From positions 1,759 through 65,758 of the forward strand of contig CACILY010000002.1 in NCBI GenBank assembly GCA_902587615.1: a stretch of 64,000 nucleotides of DNA. The letters run 5' to 3'. Below are positions 18,820-28,309 of the stretch, in pieces (the stretch's first letter is position 1; every line of letters begins with the position of its first letter). Under the pieces are notes generated by a model. It had not been told where the DNA came from. It worked only from the letters and a program-made list of their open reading frames with translations, and searched no databases. The stretch comes from an uncultured Prochlorococcus sp. (GTDB lineage Bacteria; Cyanobacteriota; Cyanobacteriia; PCC-6307; Cyanobiaceae). The position numbers and the translations under genes were made by a program.

Positions 18820-19065
18820 TTATTTGCTTGATCCATTACATATCCCCACAGAGATTGCTCTTATAGTGTCTTTATCTTTCTTTTTGAAATCTGGCAGAGT
18901 TTCTAGCCAATTTATTGTTTTAACTAGGCATTTATTCCAATTTACTGCTTGACGAGAAATAGGAATTATTTCCACAGCAATAGATAGACAGGAGAAAGCA
19001 ATAATCGCCAGAAGGAATTTAACCAATGAACCTGAATGTTGTTTTGTATCTATTTCAAATTTCAT
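18820..19065 (-). CDS. small membrane hypothetical protein
   Basis: TM helix, WNKC and C-terminal VGICNG. Confidence 0.7.
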   Translation of the reverse strand: MKFEIDTKQHSGSLVKFLLAIIAFSCLSIAVEIIPISRQAVNWNKCLVKTINWLETLPDFKKKDKDTIRAISVGICNGSSK

Positions 19066-19625
19066 ATGTTTGCCTTATCCTATAAATTATCGAAAACTTT
19101 GTCATATTATACTAGCGTTTAAACAATCAAACCCTCATCTTCTCTATTTCAATATAGTCATTTCCTTAAAAGAATCTTTCATGCTATTAAGTAATGCTTT
19201 AGAGAACTATCAAATATCATATGAACATAATTATTTTAAACTCTCCGTATTTAATTTTATTAGTCCCTAGGCTTGATCACTTATAATATCAAAAATTAGC
19301 TCTAAATTCCTTAATTGCTTTATTTCTGAATTTCATTCATAATTGAACTTATGAAAGATGCTGTTTCCTTAATTAAGATCTATCTGTTGTACGCTTATAA
19401 TCGATTGAATATTTCCTTTCTCCAGCAATTCGACTTTATATTCAAATCTTTACAGACTATGCTTCAGCCAGAGTTAAATAGAAACCATAGCTTAAAAGTT
19501 TTTCTCTATCAATTACCTCTATATCTAGACTTCATCTATCAGATCCATTCTTATCGATTAACTCAATTATCTAGTAATAGGATTAATTATAACAATGCTC
19601 CCTCTATTCATATAGAGATGAAAAT

Positions 19626-20546
19626 ATGAATCAAAAAGCTTTGGTATTAGGAGGAACTGGTTTCATAGGTAGCCATATAGCTAATAATCTGATCGCTAAT
19701 GGATATAATGTCACAGTTTTAAGAAGACATTTAGATAAATCAAATTTTTATAATCTAGATACTTCATGCAGAATAATTGCTAGTTCTATTCAATCTGAAC
19801 AAGAACTTCAAAAACTCAGTATTCAATGGGATTTTAATATAGTTATCAATTCATGTGGATATGGAGATCATACTTTATTCTCAAATACTTCTTATGATGT
19901 AATCGGTAGCCATTTGCTGGGTACTATTAATATCGTAAAAATGTTAAATAGACACTCATTAAAAAAATATATTCATATTGGAAGTAGTGAGGAGTATGGT
20001 CAACTTCAAAACCCTTCGTCTGAGCTTCTAAGAGAGGCTCCATTGACGCCATATGCATTTGCAAAAACAGCTTCTACACATTTTTTACAGATGTTATTTA
20101 GATCAGAGGAATTTCCTGCGATCATTCTCAGACCTTTCCTCGTTTACGGTGAGAATCAATTTCCATCAAAATTAGTTCCTTATGTTGTCGATTCTTGCTT
20201 GCAAGATCGAGACTTTGAATTAACCTTTGGAGATCAATATAGAGAGTTTATTCATATTGATGATCTTGTAGAGGTAGTTAATATTATTTTAAAATCGGAT
20301 TACAAAAATAATAATGGTAAAATATATGACGTTTGTTCAGGAAACGTTTTAACAGTTTCAGGACTAGTCCATTTAGTTCAAGATATTGTTGAAAAAGGCA
20401 ATCCTAAGTTTGGGGCTAGAAAGAGATTGATTTCTGATTTATCTCTTCTTTACTCTGGATCTAGTAATTTATTTGATGATTACTCCTGGAGGGCTAAGAT
20501 ATCAATAGAGGAAGGAATTAGACGAATGATAAAATCTAGGAGTTGA
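19626..20546 (+). CDS. NAD-dependent nucleotide-sugar epimerase/dehydratase
   Basis: LGGTGFIG, GSSEEYG, PYAFAK (YxxxK), LRPFLVYG, REFIHIDD. Confidence 0.92.
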   Translation: MNQKALVLGGTGFIGSHIANNLIANGYNVTVLRRHLDKSNFYNLDTSCRIIASSIQSEQELQKLSIQWDFNIVINSCGYGDHTLFSNTSYDVIGSHLLGTINIVKMLNRHSLKKYIHIGSSEEYGQLQNPSSELLREAPLTPYAFAKTASTHFLQMLFRSEEFPAIILRPFLVYGENQFPSKLVPYVVDSCLQDRDFELTFGDQYREFIHIDDLVEVVNIILKSDYKNNNGKIYDVCSGNVLTVSGLVHLVQDIVEKGNPKFGARKRLISDLSLLYSGSSNLFDDYSWRAKISIEEGIRRMIKSRS

Positions 20547-21448
20547 TTATATTGAAAGATAATCAACCTCTAGTTTCTGTTATTGTAAATTGCTATAATG
20601 GAGGCAGTTTTTTATTTAATTGCTTAACAAGCATTCAACAACAAAGTTATTCAAATTTAGAAGTTATATTTTGGGATAATTGTTCCGATGATAATTCAAG
20701 TTCAATATTTAAGCAATTTAATGATAGTCGATTCTTCTACTTTAATGATTACAAACATGTCAAACTTTATCATGCTAGGTATAAGGCATTGTCAAAAGTT
20801 AACGGAGATTTTATAGCCTTTTTAGATGTTGACGACCTTTGGATGCCTAACAAGATTTCAGTTCAAGTTGCATCTATGCTCTCCAATCCGTCGTTAGGAT
20901 ATTGCTATACAGGATTCAAAATACTTAATCAAATTAATGGCACATTAAGAAGTGCTTATAACAACTCCTCTTTAAAGTCAGGTTATATATCAAGTTCTTT
21001 ATTGAAGAGATATACAGTAGGTATGTTAACCCTTATGGTAAATAGAAATATAATTAGTAATAATCAACTTAATTTTAATACTAAATACAATATGATTGGT
21101 GATTTTGATTTTGTAATGCGATTATCTAAGTTAAGTAAGGGTTTAGCTATAAGAAAAGATTTAGCTATATATAGAAAACATAGAGCTAACCTTAGTCTTT
21201 TAAATAAAGAAGAACATTTTGATGAAAGGAAACAATGGGCCGAAGAAATTCTTGAATTAGCAATTTTCCCTATAACGCATATAAAGCATTTCGATAATGA
21301 GACGATGTATCAAAAATCAGTCATGAATCTCCCTAATTTAAGCTTAAATGAACAAATTAAATCTTTGCTTAGTTTGAAAGGTATCTTTGTTATTAAGATG
21401 TTTTTGAGAATAGCTTATTATCAATCAAAGAAGCTTTTAGGCTTTTAG
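20543..21448 (+). CDS. glycosyltransferase family 2
   Basis: PLVSVIVNCYN, WDNCSDD, IAFLDVDDLW; 4-bp overlap with upstream epimerase. Confidence 0.92.
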   Translation: MIILKDNQPLVSVIVNCYNGGSFLFNCLTSIQQQSYSNLEVIFWDNCSDDNSSSIFKQFNDSRFFYFNDYKHVKLYHARYKALSKVNGDFIAFLDVDDLWMPNKISVQVASMLSNPSLGYCYTGFKILNQINGTLRSAYNNSSLKSGYISSSLLKRYTVGMLTLMVNRNIISNNQLNFNTKYNMIGDFDFVMRLSKLSKGLAIRKDLAIYRKHRANLSLLNKEEHFDERKQWAEEILELAIFPITHIKHFDNETMYQKSVMNLPNLSLNEQIKSLLSLKGIFVIKMFLRIAYYQSKKLLGF

Positions 21449-21876
21449 ATTATTATCTCAATTATACCTTCTGTTACATATTTTGCGAGATCCTCTAGAT
21501 TTTCTTCAATCTCTTCAATAGGAGTATTCCATTTATTGGATATCTTCTTTGTTAAGTTATGATCTTTCGCATGTTTAATCATTGACATAATCATGTATTC
21601 ATTCAGGCTGGTATTCATTCTTACTTTTAAATAGTCCCATATAGATTGCTCCAGACTATATATATATTCAATATTATCAGTACCTGTATAGTCATAAAGC
21701 TCCATTACACCATGGTGACAGAAGATTTGCCCTAACTCGTCATATGCACTGCTTGATTCTTTAGCATGCTCATATGCCGCCAAGATCCATTCTAGCTCTT
21801 GCTTCTTTTGTCTATTACCATCCCTTACAGATCGAAGAAGTTTATAAAATGAGCCAAATTCTATTGGATTTGCCAT
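21445..21876 (-). CDS. hypothetical protein
   Basis: 143-aa ORF with ATG start and helical composition. Confidence 0.75.
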   Translation of the reverse strand: MANPIEFGSFYKLLRSVRDGNRQKKQELEWILAAYEHAKESSSAYDELGQIFCHHGVMELYDYTGTDNIEYIYSLEQSIWDYLKVRMNTSLNEYMIMSMIKHAKDHNLTKKISNKWNTPIEEIEENLEDLAKYVTEGIIEIII

Positions 21877-22463
21877 TAAATCTGTTTAATTTAACTAACC
21901 TTACTTAAAATAGGAGTACTTGGTAAATAACTTATCAATTTATTTTTACTACATTTCTTTACCTGTGTTTGAAAGTCGTTCGTTTTTGAACAACTCCTAC
22001 TTATTAGCTTACCTAGAGGATTTTTTACACCAATCAATGTTTTTTCTCTTTAGTTCCTTTCACCAGAAACGGAATAGTTTTAGCTAAACGGGGATCCCAT
22101 AAATTTATCTATTCCTTTCTAAAAGTAATAACACATGATTTTCTCTATGGTAAACGTTTTAAGCAAGTCTTGTTTTTATTACATGACAAAAAACACAGGA
22201 GATAAAGAAATAAAATGATATAGGTGATTTAAGGTTATTTCCCAAAAAGAATAAATACTCTAATTCATAAGGCTTTAGCATAGTAAGTCGGCCTTGTATC
22301 CATTTGCCGTAATCATTGAACTCTTTCTACTCATTACCTTTATTTAATAAATCTACCACCAAATAAATTACAATTGAGGATTTATAGCAATTAGAGCAAT
22401 TCCTATAAATCTAGATTGCAACTTAGATCTAGAGCATTTATGTTAATATTTTTATGAGCAAAA

Positions 22464-22712
22464 CTACCATTCTTGTAATTTATAGCCTTTGTCAAGTAAT
22501 TTTTGATAAAGCAATCTTGCTCTAAATGCAAGAATTGTTTCTTCATTTTCATTACTCCTTATATTGAAGTAATGTTCATCTAGCTCGTTTTTACTGAAGA
22601 CAACAGTCTCAATTCCATTTTGTAGGACCCACTCAGGTTTATTTGCTAAATTCTGATTTGGCCCGCCATCCCAGGGACATTTCTCAGGATACTTTTCTCT
22701 TCTTCCTGCCAT
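22464..22712 (-). CDS. hypothetical protein
   Basis: 82-aa ORF with ATG start. Confidence 0.7.
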   Translation of the reverse strand: MAGRREKYPEKCPWDGGPNQNLANKPEWVLQNGIETVVFSKNELDEHYFNIRSNENEETILAFRARLLYQKLLDKGYKLQEW

Positions 22713-22808
22713 TTCTTAAAATATGTGCCTTAAAAACATAACAAACTTTTTAAATTTTGACATCTTTCTTTGTTTTGCATTCAAGGCAATTAGCCACTTT
22801 CTTTACTT

Positions 22809-23366
22809 ATGAATAACGTCACGAGCTCTTTACCCCATATGATCTTGTTGATATGTTTTGTACCTGTCGCAGGTTATAAGATTTGGCTTTTTATGAATAA
22901 GTTTCATTATTTGTTAAATAAACCAGCCTCTATATCAGACTTTAGACAATCTTTAGAGGAATTGTGGTCTCAATCATCTAATTGGAAAAATACGAATGTT
23001 GCCATACTTTTTCTTTTTATCAGCATTTTTTGTTTTCAAGCGCAGACTAATGGCCTAGTTGGTAATGAATTTCTTTCTGTCACAAACTCAAAAGAAATTA
23101 AAGTCTCTAAACAATTCTCCAAGAAATTCTGTAATTCAATTGCTTTTGGGATTTCTAAAGATAGTGCTATGAAATTTGCAATAGGAGAAACTGAAAAAGA
23201 GATTAGTAAACCCAACTTTCTAGAAGAAATAGATTACCAAGTGCTTTCATCTGATATAGCTTCTAGAATTGTTAGTAATTGTGGTTTGTCAATTGGTTTA
23301 TACGGTGAAGATGGGATAGAAGAATTAACTGATGAAATAAAAACTAAAGTAACTTTTAATAAATAA
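22809..23366 (+). CDS. hypothetical exported/membrane protein
   Basis: Signal-like segment VAILFLFISIFCFQAQ then KKFCNSIAFGISK...SNCG; true start probably downstream of 22809. Confidence 0.65.
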   Translation: MNNVTSSLPHMILLICFVPVAGYKIWLFMNKFHYLLNKPASISDFRQSLEELWSQSSNWKNTNVAILFLFISIFCFQAQTNGLVGNEFLSVTNSKEIKVSKQFSKKFCNSIAFGISKDSAMKFAIGETEKEISKPNFLEEIDYQVLSSDIASRIVSNCGLSIGLYGEDGIEELTDEIKTKVTFNK

Positions 23367-23425
23367 TTGAGTCTTGAAATAATTTTAAAGGAATTTATAT
23401 TAGATATGCTTATGAATTTATTATA

Positions 23426-23641
23426 ATGGCTTTAGATCAACTAAAGAATTTCCTTAAGATCATGCAATCAGACCCTGGGTTGAAAGAAAGAGTTCTTGCA
23501 TCCGCTACAGCCGATGATGTTGCTCAAATTGCATTATCAATGGGATTTGAATTTTCTGGTGATGAACTTCTTAGATTCTCAGGAAATAAGGTTGGGAAAG
23601 TAACAGTAAGAAAGAATGATGTTCCTGGAGAATATAATTAG
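23426..23641 (+). CDS. Nif11-like leader peptide domain protein
   Basis: MALDQLKNFL...DPGLKERV...DDVAQIA..GFEFSGDEL matches the Nif11/ProcA leader pattern. Confidence 0.85.
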   Translation: MALDQLKNFLKIMQSDPGLKERVLASATADDVAQIALSMGFEFSGDELLRFSGNKVGKVTVRKNDVPGEYN

Positions 23642-23748
23642 ACTTAATATAATTAATCAATTAACCTTCTGAGAACACCCAGAAAAAATTATAGTTGACA
23701 GTATATAAATAGATTAGCTAGAACAATATTATTCTTTTAATTTATAAA

Positions 23749-24423
23749 ATGAATTCCGATTATTTATTTAAAGGACACTCTGAAAACTTAGATTGTGCAA
23801 AGAAATTTAGAGATGCATATGAGAACAGGTATACATGGGGACCTAGTTTTAATGGCTATAAAGGCGAATGTTCTTATAATAATGGTAATAAAGAGTTTAA
23901 AGGTGAATTTGTACTAGGAGTCGATCTTAAACCACATGTCACAGATATTGCTCAGCAAGATAAAAGGAAAACAATTGAATCTCAGTTATGGGAAGTTGCT
24001 ATTCATAGAGTTAGGAGGTCATTTAATGATGTTCATGGTAAAAACTCATTCCATTCAGGTGATACAAATGATATTGGTGAGGAAATCATTGTTGATGGAA
24101 GAAATAAGGGTGATCGCTATAGGATTAAAGATAATATAGTCACAATGGTTTATAGAAATATTCACGGAAAATTAATTCTTATTTTTACAAAGGAAGTTTT
24201 TAATACTGGTAAAGGATATTTGAGCAAAAGGTATACAAGCCAATATTTAGATCCAAATTCAAAAGAGAAGATTACTCCTTTGACTCATTTTGATGATTCA
24301 TATGTTCTTTTAAATGATAATGGTCCATGGGTTTTAAGCCGCAGGTTTATACAAACAGAATCATATAAAGGCAAGAAGGGATTGGATTTAACAATTTCGT
24401 TTTTTAATCTAGAAAATCATTAG
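23749..24423 (+). CDS. DUF3386 family protein
   Basis: FRDAYENRYTW, QLWEVAIHRVRRSF..HG.N motifs. Confidence 0.82.
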   Translation: MNSDYLFKGHSENLDCAKKFRDAYENRYTWGPSFNGYKGECSYNNGNKEFKGEFVLGVDLKPHVTDIAQQDKRKTIESQLWEVAIHRVRRSFNDVHGKNSFHSGDTNDIGEEIIVDGRNKGDRYRIKDNIVTMVYRNIHGKLILIFTKEVFNTGKGYLSKRYTSQYLDPNSKEKITPLTHFDDSYVLLNDNGPWVLSRRFIQTESYKGKKGLDLTISFFNLENH

Positions 24424-24468
24424 AAATATAAAATACTTAACTAATAGAATTAATATTCAAAATTTATA

Positions 24469-24852
24469 TTAAGCAATCTTTTCATTTTCTTCTTCTATAA
24501 TTGGAATTATTTCAGGGGAAAATCCTTGCAATATAATATCTTCCTCTTGATTTAAATTTACCTCTTTTTCCTTTTCCTTTACTGGTAACTCACTCTCCAG
24601 ATAGGTTACCTTTGAAAATGATTGCTGTTTAATGGTAACTCCTTCTGATCTTTTTGTTTCATTTCTGGTAAGATCCTTTATCAGAAGATTTAAAACTTTA
24701 ACTCCATTTCCAATTAGCTCCCTTATATTCTTAGACATATTTTTTAAAGTCACTTTTATTTCTGTTTGAATAACTCCTTCACTTCTAAGTGTAGATTTTA
24801 TCCATATAGAAATACTCAACAATAAAGATAAGAAGAACAATGCTTGAATCAT
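24469..24852 (-). CDS. membrane-anchored hypothetical protein
   Basis: N-terminal TM, amphipathic helix, acidic tail. Confidence 0.65.
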   Translation of the reverse strand: MIQALFFLSLLLSISIWIKSTLRSEGVIQTEIKVTLKNMSKNIRELIGNGVKVLNLLIKDLTRNETKRSEGVTIKQQSFSKVTYLESELPVKEKEKEVNLNQEEDIILQGFSPEIIPIIEEENEKIA

Positions 24853-24924
24853 TTTAGATTTTAATGCTCACCTAGCATCCCTTTGAAATTAAAGTAAACA
24901 AGTATGTCAGCCCTATAATGAAAT

Positions 24925-25137
24925 TTATCTATACAAATCTTTAGTTGTATAGATAAATTTCATATTTGTGGACTCTTTTTGGATTTGTTTATCAATAGAT
25001 CTTAAGGCTAGATTAATTTCATTTAGCTCCTTTTCTAAACATTCTTTTCTATACCTCAAAGTACTTACTCTTCTCTCTATTCCTAGCCGAATTCTTTCTT
25101 GTAAATCAATTTTCATGGAACCATTTTCAGTGTTCAT
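24925..25137 (-). CDS. small coiled-coil hypothetical protein
   Basis: Heptad pattern LRYRKECLEKELNEINLALRSIDKQI. Confidence 0.65.
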   Translation of the reverse strand: MNTENGSMKIDLQERIRLGIERRVSTLRYRKECLEKELNEINLALRSIDKQIQKESTNMKFIYTTKDLYR

Positions 25138-25307
25138 TAAATGTCTCCAGATTTCCTGGTGTGAATAAAATCTTCTATTTCTAATAGCCTTTAAGACCTT
25201 TCGAATGAATTTCTAAGACTATTCTTTATTTAGTAAATTCTGGGGCTGAATGTAAATCCGTCTTTACGCTTGAGTGGTTTGACTCAGGCTTTTTTGCTTA
25301 AGGATTT

Positions 25308-25490
25308 CTACAAAATACTTTTCTCGCTTAATAATGGTTTTGAGTTTTTTAAATTCCACAACTTCTCTAAAGTAAAAGACTTCATTAGGCTATCTCTTTT
25401 ATACTCTCCCCTTGATTTGTATGATGAAGAACCTATAAAGATTTCTGTTCCTCTATAATTAACTGAATTTGGTGGATGGCTATCTGACAA
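25308..25490 (-). CDS. hypothetical protein
   Basis: 60-aa ORF with repeated YRG/SRG...Y elements; TTG start. Confidence 0.45.
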   Translation of the reverse strand: MSDSHPPNSVNYRGTEIFIGSSSYKSRGEYKRDSLMKSFTLEKLWNLKNSKPLLSEKSIL

Positions 25491-25915
25491 TTTACTTATT
25501 TAGATTTTTAATATAAAATTTAGTTCGAAGTGATATTCACTCAACGTGCAATTTGATACCAGTAAAGCTATATTTATTTACATCATTTATACTTCTTTAT
25601 ACAGAAAATATTTTCTACATTGATCAGTCATAATGTTCCCTTTGTACCTTTTCTACTTTGAATCCTTCATATTCATACCTTTTTTGTTTTGTTTCTTACA
25701 CAATTTGAATCAGCTTTAAATAGCTTAATGCGTATTTCTTCATTTAATGATGATTGTATTAGTTAACTAGCACCTGTTATGTAGGTCTTTCTAATCTAAT
25801 TCTAGGCCTATAAAACTCTTTGGTAATAGAATTGACAAGATTACTTTCAAAGTTAATGACAGTTAACTATTCTAATTAACGTCTATAATCTATAAATCAT
25901 TATAGACGTCTAGGA

Positions 25916-26125
25916 ATGAATAATCTAGATCTTGAATATTTGCGGCCTGGAGGATCTATTGGTTCTTTTATCTTGTTGACTGGTGTTCTTTTTACGATAA
26001 TGACTTTATATGTCTTTTCTAATGTTGGTTCGAATGCAGACTCAATGATGGATAAAAAAAGAAAAGATGCTAAAAAGAAAGAAAGGGAAAGGAAGATTTC
26101 ACGTCTTTACCCTGAACAGCGATAG
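25916..26125 (+). CDS. small single-TM protein with basic tail
   Basis: TM helix followed by KKRKDAKKKERERK...LYP. Confidence 0.7.
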   Translation: MNNLDLEYLRPGGSIGSFILLTGVLFTIMTLYVFSNVGSNADSMMDKKRKDAKKKERERKISRLYPEQR

Positions 26126-26147
26126 CTCTTTAGACTCTTAGTTTGTC

Positions 26148-26339
26148 ATGAGGATGCTCACAACTCATACCAGAAATAAGATAGAGAACATATTAAAGCG
26201 TTTGTCAGACGGCCAAGAGGTACAACTAAAGGAGAGAATCGAACTAAAAAAATACTCCATTTATATACCTTTTATTGCTAGAAAGATAGCTAAGGCAATT
26301 GATCATCGAGAAGAATATGAAAGGAATCCTTTTCTTTAA
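26148..26339 (+). CDS. small hypothetical protein
   Basis: MLTTHTRNKIENILKRL..GQEV.LKERIEL.KY pattern. Confidence 0.7.
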   Translation: MRMLTTHTRNKIENILKRLSDGQEVQLKERIELKKYSIYIPFIARKIAKAIDHREEYERNPFL

Positions 26340-26565
26340 CCCCATTTGATCTTTCTAAGTATTTGTACCTTTGCGGGTAGGAGTTGTTGTGGTTGGTCTT
26401 TGAATAAACAATTTACTTTTAATCCGTCTAGAAAAATACTTATCAATTTGGGTTCTTCTAAACTCATTTAAAATGTAAAAATTTTTGTTTTCCCTCAATT
26501 TATTAACTTTTATTGGTTTTACTCGAAATCAATGGAAAGATAAATTATAAACCTGCCCATCCTCG

Positions 26566-26799
26566 ATGGAACATATCCTGTCCCATCTATATATCCATTT
26601 AGAGATCACGCTGCTGTTCTTCGTCATTTCGACATTTTTGATTATATTCCTTATAAATAAATTCTCAATCAAAGCACAGAGAAATATAAATCAGGAAAAA
26701 ATCCTTCTTAAAAAATTATTAGAAGGATTTGAACTGGAGATCCCCTCTGAGTTAAGGGATTTGGATTCTCCAATCATTAAGTCAATTAAGCACCCGTAA
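26566..26799 (+). CDS. small single-TM hypothetical protein
   Basis: 77-aa ORF with TM helix. Confidence 0.6.
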   Translation: MEHILSHLYIHLEITLLFFVISTFLIIFLINKFSIKAQRNINQEKILLKKLLEGFELEIPSELRDLDSPIIKSIKHP

Positions 26800-26949
26800 A
26801 TGGATATAGATCTATTAATACCTCTTTTTTGGACAATTATCTTCGGCTCACTTTTAGTAGTAGGTGTTCGTCGCCTTACAAAAAAACAACCTACTGAAAA
26901 GAAATGGGTTAGGCCTAATAATTCATCTAAGAATAAGGACGATGATTAG
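26800..26949 (+). CDS. 49-aa single-TM hypothetical protein, absent from ORF track
   Basis: Hand translation MDIDLLIPLFWTIIFGSLLVVGVRRLTKKQPTEKKWVRPNNSSKNKDDD; ATG abuts previous stop (TAAATG). Confidence 0.65.
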   Translation: MDIDLLIPLFWTIIFGSLLVVGVRRLTKKQPTEKKWVRPNNSSKNKDDD

Positions 26950-26988
26950 CCTATGTTCTTAGTACCCATTCCTTAATTTTTATTTGAA

Positions 26989-27183
26989 ATGGATTCATTG
27001 AGTAATTTTCTTGCATTTCTACGCATAGCACTGATTTTAGTAGTAGGAGGATGGGCTTTTAAGGCTTGCATTTCTCTTATTAGAGGAGAAAAAATAGAAT
27101 TGAATTTCTTGAATCCATTAAATCTAAAAGCAAGATGGCCTGGAGATAAAACTGATGCTAAAGATAGCGAAACTTCTTCTTGA
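26989..27183 (+). CDS. small single-TM hypothetical protein
   Basis: 64-aa ORF with TM helix. Confidence 0.65.
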   Translation: MDSLSNFLAFLRIALILVVGGWAFKACISLIRGEKIELNFLNPLNLKARWPGDKTDAKDSETSS

Positions 27184-27261
27184 GGAAAAAATGTCTTTTT
27201 ATTCTCTATAAATTATTCACTTTTACGTGACTTCTCAGAATGAATTCTTTTATTTCCTTTC

Positions 27262-27663
27262 ATGAAAAAGATTCTTCGCCCTATTACTCCTTTAAAAGAA
27301 TTTGAAAGGGCATTGTCTCTTGCTCAATTGTCTGAGAGTGAACAAGAGTTGATCGAGTACATCCGCTATACCGGAATTTTTACTCAGCCCAGTCTTGTTA
27401 AAGAGTTAAGGCTTAACTCAAAACCTCCTGTTCTATCAATCCTTTGTGAGATCTGTAGAAAAATAGGTGCTCATATGCCAGAACATTTTGAATTGGTTCG
27501 GGAGTGGTCAAAACTTATTAGCGAGCATGGCGTTCGCTGGGATGGAGAATTAATTTGTAGTAATGCACTCAATATCGATGGAGAGCCCTTGACACCAGAA
27601 TCTGGAACTGCACCATTTGATACTTTTGCTGTTCATAAAGAGTTATTCCAGGGATTTGATTGA
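27262..27663 (+). CDS. hypothetical protein
   Basis: 133-aa ORF; LCEICRKIG, WDGELIC, VHKELF. Confidence 0.75.
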   Translation: MKKILRPITPLKEFERALSLAQLSESEQELIEYIRYTGIFTQPSLVKELRLNSKPPVLSILCEICRKIGAHMPEHFELVREWSKLISEHGVRWDGELICSNALNIDGEPLTPESGTAPFDTFAVHKELFQGFD

Positions 27664-27707
27664 TAAATTTCTTTTCTGTCAATAAGAGTTATTAGGAAAA
27701 AGACTAA

Positions 27708-27842
27708 CTATCCATTCCCAAGATGAAGAGCATACACATCTATTCCATTTGCTTTTAGAAAGTAGAGACCAATAAAACCAATAAAATTTAGTCCGAGCAC
27801 AAATCCCCAGATTCTCCAAGGTTGTTTTTTATCAATTTTCAT
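27708..27842 (-). CDS. 44-aa single-TM hypothetical protein, absent from ORF track
   Basis: Hand translation MKIDKKQPWRIWGFVLGLNFIGFIGLYFLKANGIDVYALHLGNG. Confidence 0.6.
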   Translation of the reverse strand: MKIDKKQPWRIWGFVLGLNFIGFIGLYFLKANGIDVYALHLGNG

Positions 27843-28002
27843 ATTTAAACTTTTGAGCTGAGTTTTGATAACTTAATTGTCATAGAACAGGTTATTGGCA
27901 AATTACGTCTTTTTCAATTTTTTCAACGTGCTACGAGATTATTGCTTTTTAACTTTTTGGCTTTCTTTTAAGGTTTATTAATAGGCGTATTTTCTTCTAC
28001 CA

Positions 28003-28146
28003 ATGATTTTCGCATCACCCTTATTGGGAACTATCGCAATCGGAGGCTTTAACGGCGTCGCGGCCGTCTTTGGTGTACTAGCCATTGTCCAAGTTTCCCA
28101 GTTCGTTTATTACGGTCTAGACGCAAACGATCCAACTAAGGATTGA
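28003..28146 (+). CDS. 47-aa membrane micro-protein (GGFN...QFVYY motif), absent from ORF track
   Basis: Hand translation MIFASPLLGTIAIGGFNGVAAVFGVLAIVQVSQFVYYGLDANDPTKD; C-ending codon bias; similar to 28310-28501. Confidence 0.75.
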   Translation: MIFASPLLGTIAIGGFNGVAAVFGVLAIVQVSQFVYYGLDANDPTKD

Positions 28147-28243
28147 ATTTTCAGTGCTAACTGAGTTCTATTCCCTTGCAGGGGATTAGACGATTCAGTA
28201 GGTAGAGAAAAACAATTCTGTTGCATTAATTTGGCATACATAG

Positions 28244-28284
28244 CAAATAAAAAAGGCAGGTTTATAACCTGCCTTTTTTATTTG
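28244..28284. terminator. bidirectional intrinsic terminator
   Basis: CAAATAAAAAAGGCAGGTT-TAT-AACCTGCCTTTTTTATTTG, perfect 19-bp stem with A/T tracts on both sides, between convergent small ORFs. Confidence 0.9.
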
Positions 28285-28309
28285 TGAGAAATAAGGGTTT
28301 TGTTTTGAA

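Noticed and set aside
19070-19629. Plus-strand ORFs of 66 and 92 aa
   Set aside because: Composition typical of spurious AT-rich frames; no motifs
23499-23506. CATCCGCT match to the tRNA-Gly 3' end as a possible attR
   Set aside because: Only 8 bp, inside the Nif11 CDS, expected by chance
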